Part shown: in pieces, positions 41,906-54,705 of the stretch
Numbering within the stretch: the stretch's first letter is position 1
Layout: each line of letters opens with the position of its first letter
NCBI GenBank assembly: GCA_964016885.1
Contig: OZ024741.1
Span: 292,392,001 to 292,456,000 of the forward strand
Origin: Eledone cirrhosa
Lineage: Eukaryota
Length of the DNA stretch: 64,000 bases
Direction of reading: 5' to 3'
Notes under the pieces: model-generated
Databases searched by the model: none
What the model was told of the DNA's origin: nothing
What the model saw: the letters and a program-made list of their open reading frames with translations, nothing else
Position numbers and translations under genes: made by a program

Positions 41906-43139
41906 CTCTAGAGTTTCCTTGACATGCTACTTGTAGCTGAGTTTGCTGAAGACTGAATACAGTCTTCAACTGAAAAAATTTACACAATAGAATGAGACAG
42001 TAGAAAATTCTCAGAAATAATAGAAAAGCTACATCAAGCATTTTAAAACTATTTTCCCTGGTAAAGTAGTAGATTATCTCGCAGGGCCCATGACAGGCTT
42101 CATAATTGTCATAGGGTTCTGTCTTAGATAATGTTTTATGACTATATACCCTTTCTTTTGCCAACATCATTATCATCATCTGGTTTAATGTATTCTTTAC
42201 TTGTCATAAGCATTGAACATTTTGATAGCCTCTTTCAAAGCATCTCACCAGTGTGTTTGTTCCAGGGATATTTTTTGGTCCAGGTTTCAGGCTTTCAGAT
42301 AATTCCTGATTACCTCTTCCTAGGTCTTACATGGGTGCCCCTTTACCAATCTATCAAGGGCCACAATCTTTGTATATCAATGTATCCACCCACCACTACA
42401 GTTCTCATGTACAAACCAATGCTTTTGTCCAACCCTATTCTATGCTATACCTATTCTAAATTGAATATGTGCAGTAGAAAGAAATATCAAAACAAAACTG
42501 ATATGAACACAAATGTCCTGTCTTTAACTATCAATTGGATATTATTGGAATTTTAACATTTATGTTAGCAGCACCATAATTTCCATATTTGCATGGGTTG
42601 GAAAACTTCCCTCCAGTAGAGAATTTTACCATTTATCTTTTTCATCATTACTTTTTGTGAGATTCAATGTCCTGATATCCACTTCCACTACTTCTCATTT
42701 AATCCATGACACAGCTGGCTTAATACCAGCACCTGGCTCTTTGGTGTCTTTAGTGGAGTCTACTCTTTTCGAAGCATTCATGTTAGGTCCCCATTTCAAA
42801 GGTGCTTTTTCACTCTCTTCACATCAGCGTCAGTGTCTAGAGAAAGGTTTACAGGCATTGTTTTTTTTATTCCACTAAACAGAAAAAAATGAACAACAAA
42901 ATGTGCCCCCTGGCCAATATTGTTCCAGCAAATTCAAGGTCTAATACATTTAAGCCATAACCATCCCATTTCTTATACTCGTTTCTATCATTAGACTTAG
43001 ACCATGCTTAGAAAACACCTTGAAGGTTTAGTAGAGGAAATTGAGCCGCAGTTCTTATTTTTATGTCTGGTTTTTATTTCATCGATTTCTCTTTGTCAGA
43101 CTGTTAAGTTACAGAGCATCAACAGTTAGCAATGTAAAT

Positions 43140-43185
<46 letters not shown>

Positions 43186-43871
43186 TCTCTCTCACACACA
43201 CACACACACACATGTATATGGGTTTCTGTTCAGTTTCTATTTACCAAATTTCACTCAAAAGGCATTAGTCACCCCATGTCTATTATAGAAGAAGACACTT
43301 GTCCTAGGAACTTCACAATTTTACTGAACCCAAAACTGTGGTGCCTTTCCATTTATGAAGACAATAAATTGTATAGGATTTGAGTGAGATTTGGCTACTA
43401 TTTCAAGCAGGTGAAATGATCACATAACGATGTTTTGTAGTTGGGTTGGGTTTATGTAAGTTTCTTTGAAGAAAGTTTCTATTGCTGGAAGGCAACCAAG
43501 ATTTCTATTTCAATTGTGTTTATTGTATGGAGTCCATTTCCTTGTCAGTCATGAGACATTTGCATATAAATTTACTTCTGGCTAAACGTATTAGCATAAG
43601 AAAGTGGGAGAGATGAAGAGGTAGAAAATAAAAACAAAAATATAACGGGGGGGGGGGGGGCAGGAGGGAAAAATAGAGAAAGGAGAGGGAATGTGAGGGA
43701 GGAAAAATAATAACAATAGCACAAACATAAAATAAAACAAGGGGGATGGGGGTTTGCTGTGATCTTGCCAATAGTAATTCACTTAACTACGTGATTGAAT
43801 AAACTTAATATGATAATATGCAGGTGTGTGTGTGTTTGCAATTTGTGGTCTCCCTGGTCTCAGCAGCACAG

Positions 43872-43915
<44 letters not shown>

Positions 43916-44288
43916 CAGAGAAAGTGGTTGTTGGCTGATGATGATATACATGTATCATCATCTTTATCACCACTTAACATCTATTTTTCATGCTTGCATG
44001 GTTTAGACAAATCAAGTCAGGTGACCATTTCTTGCTCATACAAATTTATTTTGGGCATAGATAGGGTGGTTTTTGTTGTGGCACCAAAATGACCATCTGA
44101 CAGGATGTAGTGGGTGCTTTTTCATTGTGGTACCAACATAAACATCTATAGAGCCGACTGGGTGTTCTTTGTCGTGTCCCCAAACCAACCATGCCACAGG
44201 GCAGACCAGGTACCTTCCTTTGTGACACCAGCATAACCACTTAACAAAGTGGACTGAGTGCTTTTGTTGTGTCCCTGGCATGACTGAC

Positions 44289-44610
44289 TTATAGGGTAGC
44301 CTGGATGCTTTTTGTTGTCATGAGAAAGCTTTCTGCAAGGTCTGCTTTTATCACTTCACCGCAAGTTTTCTTGGGTTGTCTTCCATAATTTGCTTGAAAT
44401 TCAAATGCCTTGCACCTTTTGATACAGCTGTTATCCTCCATATGCATCACATGTCCATACCGCTGCAATCTCCTCACTTGTACTCTGCATCTGATCCATC
44501 TGATGCTCAGTTTCCCTCTCAGTTCATTGATGCTTTGCTGTTCATGTATACTATTAGTACACATCCAGCAGGGCATTCAATGTTCGTGGGTCTGCTGACC
44601 TATTCAACTA
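44289..44610 (-). mobile_element. RTE LINE 3' fragment
   Basis: WMC..SINELRGKL.IR.IRC.V..RRL..YGHVMHM; homologous to the 27-28 kb fragments. Confidence 0.75.
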
Positions 44611-44672
44611 TTAATTATAGTTGATTGGCTTTGAGGCTGCCTTCAAAAAGCATGTATATATATATATACATA

Positions 44673-45615
44673 CTAGCAGTGGTACCTGGTGTTGCACGGG
44701 ATAAGGTATTTTGGAACGCGGGCCGCCAACAGACCTAATCGTGGAAAAACTGCATGCCTGGACAATATGTAAAGAAAATAAACCGAATACTCTGATGGCT
44801 GGATAATCTTTAAGATTTTCCTCTATGAAGCAGTAAAAATGCAGATTTTCACCTAATGCGGGCCCTAGGGGATCAAGAAAATGAATTTTTTGTACGTGCA
44901 TAATATGCCTTGAAATTTCAGGAAAATCGGCTAGATGTAACGCCTCAAAAAAGCCCTAAAATGCTGAAAAAAATGAAGTTTTTCACCTAATGCGGGCTCT
45001 AGGCCATAAAAAAGTTGGATTTTCTTTGCTCACGGTATGAGGAAAAGACTGACTAATACATAATTACAATTTCAAGGAAATCGATCTGACGTAACGCCTC
45101 AAAAAACCCCTAAAACCCTGAAAAACGCAGTTTTTCACCTAATGCAGGCCCTAGGGGATCAAAAAGCTGAATTTTATGTGCATAAGACTCCCTGAAACAT
45201 AAGTAATACACATGTAAAGTTTGAAAAATATCGGTTGCGTACTTCTCGAGTTTTAGGGATTCAAACTCACAGACACACACACATACACACACGCACACAG
45301 ACAGACATTCTCAGGGAAGTGACGTAATGCAGACAGCCAAACATACAGACAGATATTATAAGGGCGCGACGTTGTATGTATGCATCTATCTAAAAAGAGA
45401 AAGACTAAGAATTATATAGAGAGATCGCTAAATTGCCTAATGCGGTCCCTAGGGCATTGAAAATTTCACATTTTATTTTGCTCAGAACAATGCCTGAAAC
45501 ATAAGTATTACATGTGTAAAGTTTGAAAACAGTCGGTTTGGTGCTTCTCGAGTTTTAGGGATTCAAACTCACACACACACACACAGACAGACATCCTCAC
45601 TTTTATATATATAGA
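44673..45615 (-). mobile_element. Non-autonomous Helitron
   Basis: Minus strand starts A|TCTATATATATAAAAGTGAGG and ends with a GC-rich imperfect hairpin (cccgtgcaacaccagg) then CTAG|T; no TSD; four internal repeats of cctaatgc.ggccctaggg. Confidence 0.85.
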
Positions 45616-45660
45616 TATATAAATTACAGATTAATCAAAACTATGTTCAAAACATTATAT

Positions 45661-45707
45661 TGCTGACAATCGTTTCTTCCAAACTTTTCTTTGGAATCAG
45701 CGGAGCA
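45661..45707 (-). ncRNA. Decayed hammerhead in a probable PLE 3' relic (~45620-46098)
   Basis: Minus strand: tgct-CCGCTGA-TTCCAAA-gaaaag-TTTGGAA-GAAAC-gatt-GTC-agca. All three stems are present; two core substitutions. Confidence 0.5.
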
Positions 45708-46092
45708 CTAGCAAAGTTTAGACATATAATTAACCTCTTATTCCACAGAACAATCGTAAAGATACATAGATGTTGGTGTTGTCATTAACAGTGTCATATT
45801 TAAAGAGTGAAGATAATGTGGTCAGTATCAGTGGATGCGACAAAGATTATAAAATAATAATACAACAATTATAGAGGAATTAAAGAAGAAAGTTACTCGC
45901 AAAACGAGGACATTAGCGGTACATATGCAAGCGTATATAAAGAGTGCAGATGTGTTAGGCATGTACAGAATAACCAAGTAAGAAACAAGCAATGGTACTA
46001 AGCATATATATCACAGTATGGCAGAGGTATGACATAATACAATACAGGTATAATAACATATTAAGCAGACAGAGATGTTTGGGTATGAAAAG

Positions 46093-46133
<41 letters not shown>

Positions 46134-46267
46134 AAAGTTTTATTTAAGATTGTTGGGTTAAAACGAGTAAATATTTTATAACTGATATAAAAGCACTCAA
46201 CAGTTTCTGGAGTAGGTTTACGATATTAAACAAATGGAAACTATATTTATATTTATAAAACCATATT

Positions 46268-46333
46268 TATTTCGTTATATATATTTCTGGGATATCATAT
46301 TAAAAATATGTTATGCCTTCCTCAGACAAAATA
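46268..46333 (-). ncRNA. Minimal hammerhead ribozyme in the PLE 3' pLTR
   Basis: Reverse complement of 50092-50157. Confidence 0.7.
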
Positions 46334-47546
46334 CAATACATAAGCTGTTTTATAAATAATTAGTGACATACCTTGTGATAATGCAACTTCCTTTTAAAAA
46401 GTTGATTTGGTAGTGAAACTGTTATGATAGTTATATAGAAAGAAAACGAAGATGAGAAGAAGAAGATGAAGAGATGTATGCAAATAAAAAAAAGAAGATG
46501 AAGAGATGTATGCAAAGAAAAACAGCGGAGCGAGATAGAGAGACAAGGAGAGAGACATATCCATAATGTGTGAAGAAAAAAACATAGTAGGCTGCTTTTT
46601 GACAGATGATCATCGTATATGTGAAAAGTTAAGGGAAGGGATACAGTTAAATTAGTGTATAGGAGAAAAAGAAAGAGAGATGATATATTTAAAATATATT
46701 AAAAATATATTATGTCTCATCCATTTGAATTATCAATTTTTATGAATTAGGTATTATAATGTAAATATCAGTATTCATGAATGAGACACATATCCATAAT
46801 GTGTGAAAAAAATGACCACATGCTCAGTTAAAATTTCTTATGTCTATAAGCAAAATCTGAGATAAAACTTCAAACATAAGTATATATGCATTCTTGTGAA
46901 AAAAGAAAATAGAAGGTTATCTCAAATTCAAGTTGATAAATATAGACGCACATGTGAACCTACGTGATACGCTGCACTGATTCTTATACTTCATGAAAAA
47001 CTTCAATGCGTTAGAAAAAATTCCACCCTACATACATTTACATACATATATACATATATATATATAGACACAAAACATATAAGATATACATTAACATCTA
47101 AAATAACATTCTAGCCTCACTTGCATGATCATCGATCAAGCATAGAGTAGACAACAGATATCAATATTAAAATTCAAAACGCCAAGAATATCTTCATCAC
47201 TCTACAGAGTATCTAGGGACGCAAGAGAACATAGTATGCCACGCATATCGGTCATAGAATCAGAGTCAAAAGCAAACAAAACCAAAATTGCCTATCAATC
47301 CTTATTTAGCAGAAATCATTCAAAACTTATTCTACAAATGCTCTTATATTTATTATAGAAGTTTATCCAGCTTAAAAATGTATTCAAAAGATTGGGGACA
47401 ACGCCAATTATAGGGTAGTTTATTTAATCTCATTAATTATATATTCATGCGGAAAGGTTTTAAAAAAAAAATTGAAGGAATCGAAAGATTTATCGCCAAG
47501 TATCACAAATAGTCAAATACCTTAAGTAAATATACTACATTTTATA

Positions 47547-49184
47547 CTACATTTTAAATTTATATTTATATTTATATTTAAATGTTGAGTTCAATCTATG
47601 TCTGCAACAGCTGAATAAATTGGTTCGTAAATTAAGGGAATTTTTAGATTTTAATATAAAGAATATCTCCTCCGCGCAGAGGTCACAAGTCTCAGAAGAG
47701 GAATTAAAAGGAATCCCTTTTGAGACTATATTCCAAACCATCGAATATCCAACTTTATCATGCTTAAGTTGCCAGAGTAACCCTGACAGCGATGTTGATG
47801 ATTTTTTATTTGGATCCGTGAAAGAATTTTTGTGATTATTATAGCGAAGTTTAAATTCTGTCGAGGTGGAACCAACATAATTAAAAGAATTTAAATCAGT
47901 TCTAACATTACAGTTGTATATTATATTTTTAACTAAGCAATTGTTATTTAGCGGACATTTAGATCTATCTCTACAGTTACAGTTTTTTAGTTGAATATTG
48001 TTTAGGCTATTTTCGGTATTTTGGCTAGGTTTTAGATTCCTATTATTTATTCTATTAATATTTTGTGCTAAATTTTTGGTGGACGAGTACGTTAATTTTA
48101 TAGTATGTCTATTAAAAATTGAGTGATACTTATGTGTTCTAGGGAAGCGTTTGTCAAGAGCATTAAAAAATAGTTTAGCGATGTGGGTTTTAATGTTTAG
48201 TGAGAAAGGGGGGGCAAACCATATTATATTTCTAGTTCTATTTCTTTTCTGGTTTTTGAAATTATTGTAGTGCTTTCTATTATAGTTGTTAAAGTTGTTA
48301 CTGTAATTAAAATTGTTGTTATTTTGGTTAGTTTGTCTATTATCGATGTACATAATTTTATCACTATATCATGCTCTAGCTAAAGCTTCATTATAATACT
48401 GGGCTTTTTCGTCAAAAATATTTTTATTGGAAGAGATTCTAGAGATACGTTTTTGAACAGAGTTCACTATAGTATTGTTGACAGATCTGGGGTGATTGGA
48501 GCTAAAATTGACATAATTCAAGTTTTCATTTAACTTGTGAAATGGATAGTGAAGACATGTGTTGAGATTAAATGTTACGTCTAGGAAATTGACTATTCTA
48601 TGGTTATTCTCAATTTCTATTTTTAGATTAAGGTAATTAAAAAATTGTATAATTTGTTTTCTTTTCTTATTTAGTTCAGAGTTATTATTTTCAATAAGTA
48701 AAAGCATGTCATCTCTATATAAACCTCCGGTAACACCGGGTATTTTCCTATGCAGCGAATTAATTATAAATAGGCCCACAAGGTCCGTTACCTGAGCTGA
48801 GTCTGATGATCCCATAGTAATGTCAAAATTATTATCTCTATCTGCCCTAGTCCATAGTTGGTTATTAAATTCTATCAAAGTTTTCCTTGCCGATAATATA
48901 ATGTGCATTTCATTGCTAGTTAGGTCTGTATGCTTGAATGCGTAATTTAGTGTCTTATTAAGTAGATTAGGGGTAATGGATGAATAGTAGTTAGCAATAT
49001 CTAGTTGAATAAATTTATTATTATTGTTATATTTAATTTCATTAAACCACTCAATGACCTCCCCAGTTCCCTTCCACAAGGTCAAGCCAGGCAAACAATT
49101 CAAGTCCTTAATTTGCTGTATCACTCTGTCTAGAATGTTCTTGCTAAGTTTACCCAGGTCAGATTTTGATGGTGCAATCAACCT
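47547..49184 (-). pseudogene. PLE reverse transcriptase + GIY-YIG endonuclease, 5'-truncated, one in-frame TGA
   Basis: RT motifs QLDIANYYSSI, ITMGS, GLYRDD, VNFLDVTF, SNHP. Linker IIWFAPPFS, CNCRDRSKCPL. EN NIIY...YVGST..FKLRYNNH, CDLC..E, CRH. The two ORFs share one frame, separated by TGA at 48369-71. Confidence 0.92.
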
Positions 49185-50091
49185 GTGGCATACTATGTTC
49201 TCTTGCGTCCCTAGATACTCTGTAGAGTGATGAAGATATTCTTGGCGTTTTGAATTTTAATATTGATATCTGTTGTCTACTCTATGCTTGATCGATGATC
49301 ATGCAAGTGAGGCTAGAATGTTATTTTAGATGTTAATGTATATCTTATATGTTTTGTGTCTATATATATGTATATATGTATGTAAATGTATGTAGGGTGG
49401 AATTTTTTCTAACGCATTGAAGTTTTTCATGAAGTATAAGAATCAGTGCAGCGTATCACGTAGGTTCACATGTGCGTCTATATTTATCAACTTGAATTTG
49501 AGATAACCTTCTCTTTTCTTTTTTCACGAGAATGCATATATACTTATGTTTGAAGTTTTGTCTCAGATTTTGCTTATAGACCTAAGAATTTTTAACTGAG
49601 CATGTGGTCATTTTTTTCACACATTATGGATATGTGTCTCATTCATGAATACTGATATTTACATTATAATACCTAATTCATAAAAATTGATAATTCAAAT
49701 GGATGAGACATAATATATTTTTAATATATTTTAAATATATCATCTCTCTTTCTTTTTCTCCTATACACTAATTTAACTGTATCCCTTCCCTTAACCTCTC
49801 ACATATACGATGATCATCTGTCAAAAAGCAGCCTACTATGTTTTTTTCTTCACACATTATGGATATGTGTCTCTCTCCTTGTCTCTCTATCTCGCTCCGT
49901 TGTTTTTCTTTGCATACATCTCTTCATCTTCTTTTTTTTATTTGCATACATCTCTTCATCTTCTTCTTCTCATCTTCGTTTTCTTTCTATATAACTATCA
50001 TAACAGTTTCACTACCAAATCAACTTTTTAAAAGGAAGTTGCATTATCACAAGGTATGTCACTAATTATTTATAAAACAGCTTATGTATTG

Positions 50092-50157
50092 TATTTTGTC
50101 TGAGGAAGGCATAACATATTTTTAATATGATATCCCAGAAATATATATAACGAAATA
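50092..50157 (+). ncRNA. Minimal hammerhead ribozyme in the inverted pLTR
   Basis: Stem I tattttgt/acgaaata; core CTGAGGA 50100-06; stem II ggcataacatatt-ttt-aatatgatatccc; GAAA 50138-41; palindromic stem III atatatat; AUA^ after 50149. Confidence 0.7.
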
Positions 50158-50335
50158 AATATGGTTTTATAAATATAAATATAGTTTCCATTTGTTTAAT
50201 ATCGTATATATATATATATATATATATTAGGTGGGTCGCCAATATATATCAGTGGGGGGGGGGGGTAGCCACAATTACAAAAGGTACTCAATACATTAAT
50301 AGACTATAAGCATATTTTATTTCTATAAAAATGAC

Positions 50336-50380
50336 TTCGACAGGACTAGAACTGTTTCATTTGTTAGAAATCCTCAGGAA
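50336..50380 (-). ncRNA. Minimal hammerhead in a small fold-back relic (~50314-50417)
   Basis: Minus strand: ttc-CTGAGGA-tttctaacaaat-GAAACAG-ttctagtc-CTGTC^gaa; stem II weak; stem III near-palindromic. Confidence 0.55.
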
Positions 50381-50507
50381 TGAAACAGTTCTGCAGAAAT
50401 CATTTCAATAATAAAATCTCTCTCTCTCTGTATATATTTATATATATATTTCGTTTTTTAATTTATTTTGAAAGATTTGTTATCTGAAAACGTGTGTTGA
50501 AACAGAT

Positions 50508-50915
50508 ATTGTTACACCTTGGGAGGGTCATGCTGCTAATAAACACACACACAAACACCTGTTGCTTTTCACTTCAATTTATTATAAATTTCTAGTTGGT
50601 TGTTTATATATTGTCAAAGCTTTTTTGTCACACATTTTGACCTTCTTGGTGACTAGTTTTTTATCTTCTGTTTCTCCTTTCTTCTATCCTGTACCATCTT
50701 GTTTTGTGTAGATGGTGTAGGACAGAACAAAAGAGACACTTAAAATAAAACTGTAGTCACTGCAGAGGTCACAAAATGTGTGACAAAAGAGCTTTGACAA
50801 TATAATAACCATCTAGTTATCGAACCAACCAACGGGAAATTTATAATAAATTGAAGTAAAAAGCAACTGGTACGTGTATTTTTATTGGCAGCATGACCCT
50901 CCCAAAGTATAACAA

Positions 50916-50916
<1 letters not shown>
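50508..50916. mobile_element. Degenerate fold-back, probably a PLE pLTR pair, with a decayed hammerhead
   Basis: Arms ~50508-50699 and ~50711-50916 are diverged reverse complements; gtca-CTGCAGA-ggtcaca..tgtgac-AAAA-gagctt-tgac at 50756-50798; the last ~45 bp is duplicated at ~50957-51000. Confidence 0.6.
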
Positions 50917-50948
<32 letters not shown>

Positions 50949-51917
50949 GGTGCGGGTATTTTTATTGGCAGCATGACCCTCCCAAAGTATAACAATGTGT
51001 GTATATATATATATATATAATGTATATATATAGGGAGTAGTGTATTAAATGTTATTAAAAGCAACAAGCAACATTAAAAAAAAAAAAAACACTATCACAA
51101 TTTTTTTGTTCAATATAATATATCTCTGAATTGTATCACATTTCTGTGTTAAATATCCCCTTCCCATTTCTAATATTATATTGCATTGTCAAATATCCAA
51201 TTTCCTTGTCTAAAACACCAACCCATATATATTTCATTCCATTGTCAAACATCTCATTCACTTTGCTAATATTACATTACCTTCTCTGGCATCTTATATC
51301 TTCATTTAACACTTTACATCCTGAAATGATTTAGCTGAAAATGTCAGAAAATGAGTATGTTAATCCAAACGTTTCTAGTAACTTCACTAGTAGAAAGGGA
51401 AAATTAATTATATCAACCATATTATATTAATTACCGTTTTTCATCAACAGTAAGTTTTTATTGCTTTTCTGTGATTCTTTGCCTTTCGTAAGTTCTTACT
51501 GTAAATAAATTTACAAAAAAAGGAAATGAAAAGAATAAAAAGGAAACAAGACGTCTCGATGGTACAAAGAGGAATATGTTGGTCATACCACGGTATTTAA
51601 TTATCTTCTCTGCAATTTGGTCAGTGGAGCACAGGTTTGTGGTTGAAATTTGACTGCTACTATTTCATTAATCTAGGTAGGATGAATATCAAAGTTGACC
51701 TTAGAGGGATTTGAACCTAGTGTGTAAAGAGCCAGAACAAACATTACTAAGAATTTATCTGACACTCCGACACAATCCAATAATACTATCATATATCCAT
51801 GTGAAATATATTATTTTTGTCTAATATCACATTTCAGTCAATAAATGCTTACTTTAATTTTCAGCTCATTTCTAATAATTATCAACTATTTTATTTTCTG
51901 TTTCCTTTCTTTTCCAG

Positions 51918-52050
51918 GTAAGTCAGTCACTATTTTCTGTATTCTACAACATCAAAAGAAAAAAAATGGAAGCAAAATCATTTTCTGGAATATTCTAGTA
52001 ATTTTCTTTCTCCATTTCACTCTACTGAATTAAAATGGACATCATGGCAG
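51918..52050 (+). other. Candidate 133-nt exon beginning with a recursive splice site (CAG|GTAAGT)
   Basis: Branch-like ctaat ~51872; long pyrimidine tract; CAG 51915-17 directly followed by GTAAGT; downstream donor CAG|GTAAGG at 52051. Confidence 0.5.
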
Positions 52051-52287
52051 GTAAGGATGTCATGCAATACCTATAGTTTTCTGATATATTTTGAATATAT
52101 TCTCATATATGCAATTAGTGGCAGTTCTTATTGATCGAATGATCTACCAGTCACAACGTTTTATTGATTTTTTTTCAGGTTATTTGCACATGTAATATAT
52201 CAATATAATTTCACCTATAATATATATAATATATATATAATATAACACATTGAGTAGACTTATATACACTTTTTATGCAGCCTCAGA

Positions 52288-52319
<32 letters not shown>

Positions 52320-52684
52320 CATATATAAATTTATCTTACACACATATATATATATATAATATACTAGCATAATATCCATAAAACATACAGAGTCGATAGT
52401 AAAAATAAATTTAATATTTCCTTGATTACAACAGTGTATGTAAAAATGCTTAAATCTTTGATTTAGTTTAACTTTCATATTCTTGTCAGGCTGACCATTT
52501 CTATATTTCATTTAAATCAATTACAATATTTTTTTCCCCTATACTATTATATTATTGTCAAATATATATCCACTAAATTATGACACTGTTCTACTTATGT
52601 ATCTATTTATCTACATTTGGACTGCTTTTGGGATTCATGCTTTGTTATTCTTGTCCAAAGATATATGATATAATGGTAAATATA

Positions 52685-52878
52685 TGAGTTGGGCTGAAAA
52701 GTTCATAGGCTAACTATGAAAGAATGATGCTAGGGCTGTGAAATCTTGCATACATTAATATCACCTCTTCTTGTTAACTGCAATGTTTCTTTCCAGGGAC
52801 TATGCTGAAAAGTAAACCTCATTTGGTCATTCCATGAGAGTATCTTGGTCAGCCTATGAATTTTTCAGCTAACCCTAG
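52685..52878. mobile_element. mariner-derived MITE
   Basis: TIRs gctgaaaagttcataggct / agcctatgaatttttcagc; TA flanks. Confidence 0.7.
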
Positions 52879-53711
52879 TACATAAATAGTTATAGATAGG
52901 CAGATTGATTGGGAGGATGGTAGATAGATAAATATATAAGAGACAAATCGATAGATAAATGGATTGATTGATAGATAGATATTTTTATTGTCTGAAAATA
53001 TAGATACTTATGTGAATAGCTATAGACTGCTGTTTTTCTTGCACTGATCATCTAGAGGTCTTGTCAACGTGCAAAACTAGCACAAAGAGGTTGTCATGTA
53101 ATCATGGGTTTTATTATAATAATATACTGTCCAACCTATGTCAGTATGGAAAACTTGATGTAAAATGTGTGTTTGTGTCTATAAAATCTGAAATTTTTAA
53201 TGGAATTTATAACTACAATTACATAATCAATGTAAATTTGAGTAAACTTGTCTCCCTGTCAGCATTTGGCAGAGATTGTCCTAACAAGTTTTGTCTCTGC
53301 TTAGAAATTCATCAGAAAACAAGTACTTGCATATTTCCCCACCTAGTGACTGATAGCATATAGATATTTATGTCAACCACATACCAGTTTTCTATAAAAA
53401 TGAGAAATTGCTAAGTGGGAAATCAGTTTAAAATTAATGCATGAAATTCAATACATTTTGAGGTTTGACAGGCATAATTTCTGCTGTCTTTTATGTTCAA
53501 TATATATTGCAGGTGTAACACTATTATTCCTACATGTCATGAGTTCAGATCCAGAATGAATTACATATAGTTTCATGAATGATAACATTATTCTATATTT
53601 TATTACATTTCATACTAAACTGCTTGAAATCACTACTGATTTAAAAAATGTTTTAAAGTGTGTATATTTATCTAAACACCTTCCATCATAATCCTATGTA
53701 AAAAGCCTTTG

Positions 53712-54705
53712 AATGCTTTTGATGCTACATCACCTGAAACAGCTCCTGGTTCTATGATACAATGCTATTTATTTTAAAGTGCTTATTATCATCATCACAA
53801 TTTATCTATACAGGGTGTCCCCTCCAAAATGTATACACACTTTGCACACAGGCAATATTTATTAGAATGTTGTTGAAGTGTGTATACATGTTTTTAGTTT
53901 TTACGACATCCTGTATATATCATCCTGTGTATATTATCATCATCATTTAACGTCAGTTTTTCCATGCTAGTATGAGTTAGATGAGTTGTCCCGTTGTGAG
54001 ACAAACCAGGTCAGATTACAATGTCTTGCTCATGCAGATCTAATTTTGGCATTATGATGAACCGTCCATCATAATTCTATGTAAGAATCTTTATACTCTG
54101 AACACCAACTTCATAATGAGAAAGTTATTTCACTAAATCCTTCCAAATTCTTGATTATTTTCAAAGGATTTTAATCTCATTTGACTCTGTCTTGTCTTTC
54201 ATTAGAAATATGGTAACAATATGACGCAATGATGTGTAGTTTTATGTTACATACATGTTTGCCTTTGGTGACTGAGTTAATTTTTAGAGCAATGTTTTTC
54301 TTTATGTGAGAGTATTAAATAGTAATAGTGAACAAGTATAGCATATATTTTTGTTTGTACATGTAGCTATAGTGGCAAGCTCCCTGGAATGAGATTCAAT
54401 CCACTCTTCAAAATCCAAACAATGAATGGTGGATTGCAAATTTAGATGCATGCCCATTTCTGATATTTTATGATGAAATAATCCTTGTAATGGCCCGAGG
54501 AACTGATCCATGACATCCAATAAACTAGAATCATCCAATATCTAGTTTAGCCTGCCAACAGAAGCAGTTATTGAGGTATGGTTGAAAATATCCTTGAACC
54601 AAAAGTGAGAGTCATGTGAGAACAAATGTACCCATTCATCCATAAGGATGCCACTATAACTTTTCAAAATTATTTGAAAATTAAATATGGTACCAAAAGG
54701 GTTAA
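53712..54705. mobile_element. Old piggyBac-like non-autonomous element with nested insertions
   Basis: Right end ggtaccaaaagggttaa; decayed left end gcttttgatgc; related fragments near 220-536 and 36172-36390. Confidence 0.4.
53811..53913. mobile_element. Tc1-like MITE
   Basis: TA-cagggtgtc ... gacatcctg-TA, with internal palindromy (tgtatacacactt / aagtgtgtataca). Confidence 0.7.

Larger units (their letters stand above)
46131..50206 (-). mobile_element. Penelope-like retroelement (C-terminal GIY-YIG; Hydra-clade-like) with inverted pseudo-LTRs
   Basis: RT + EN ORF on minus strand; arms 46221-47242 and 49185-50204 are near-identical reverse complements; 90-nt unpaired 3' extension; (TA)n on both flanks. 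Confidence 0.9.

Noticed and set aside
49225-49275. SECIS-like atgaagatatt...aatattgat in the PLE 3' region
   Set aside because: Helix register and apical AA do not fit SECIS geometry.
46221-50204. ADAR or APOBEC editing signature between the PLE arms
   Set aside because: The differences I compared are mixed (A>C, A>G, A>T, T>C, C>T, small indels) with no directional bias.
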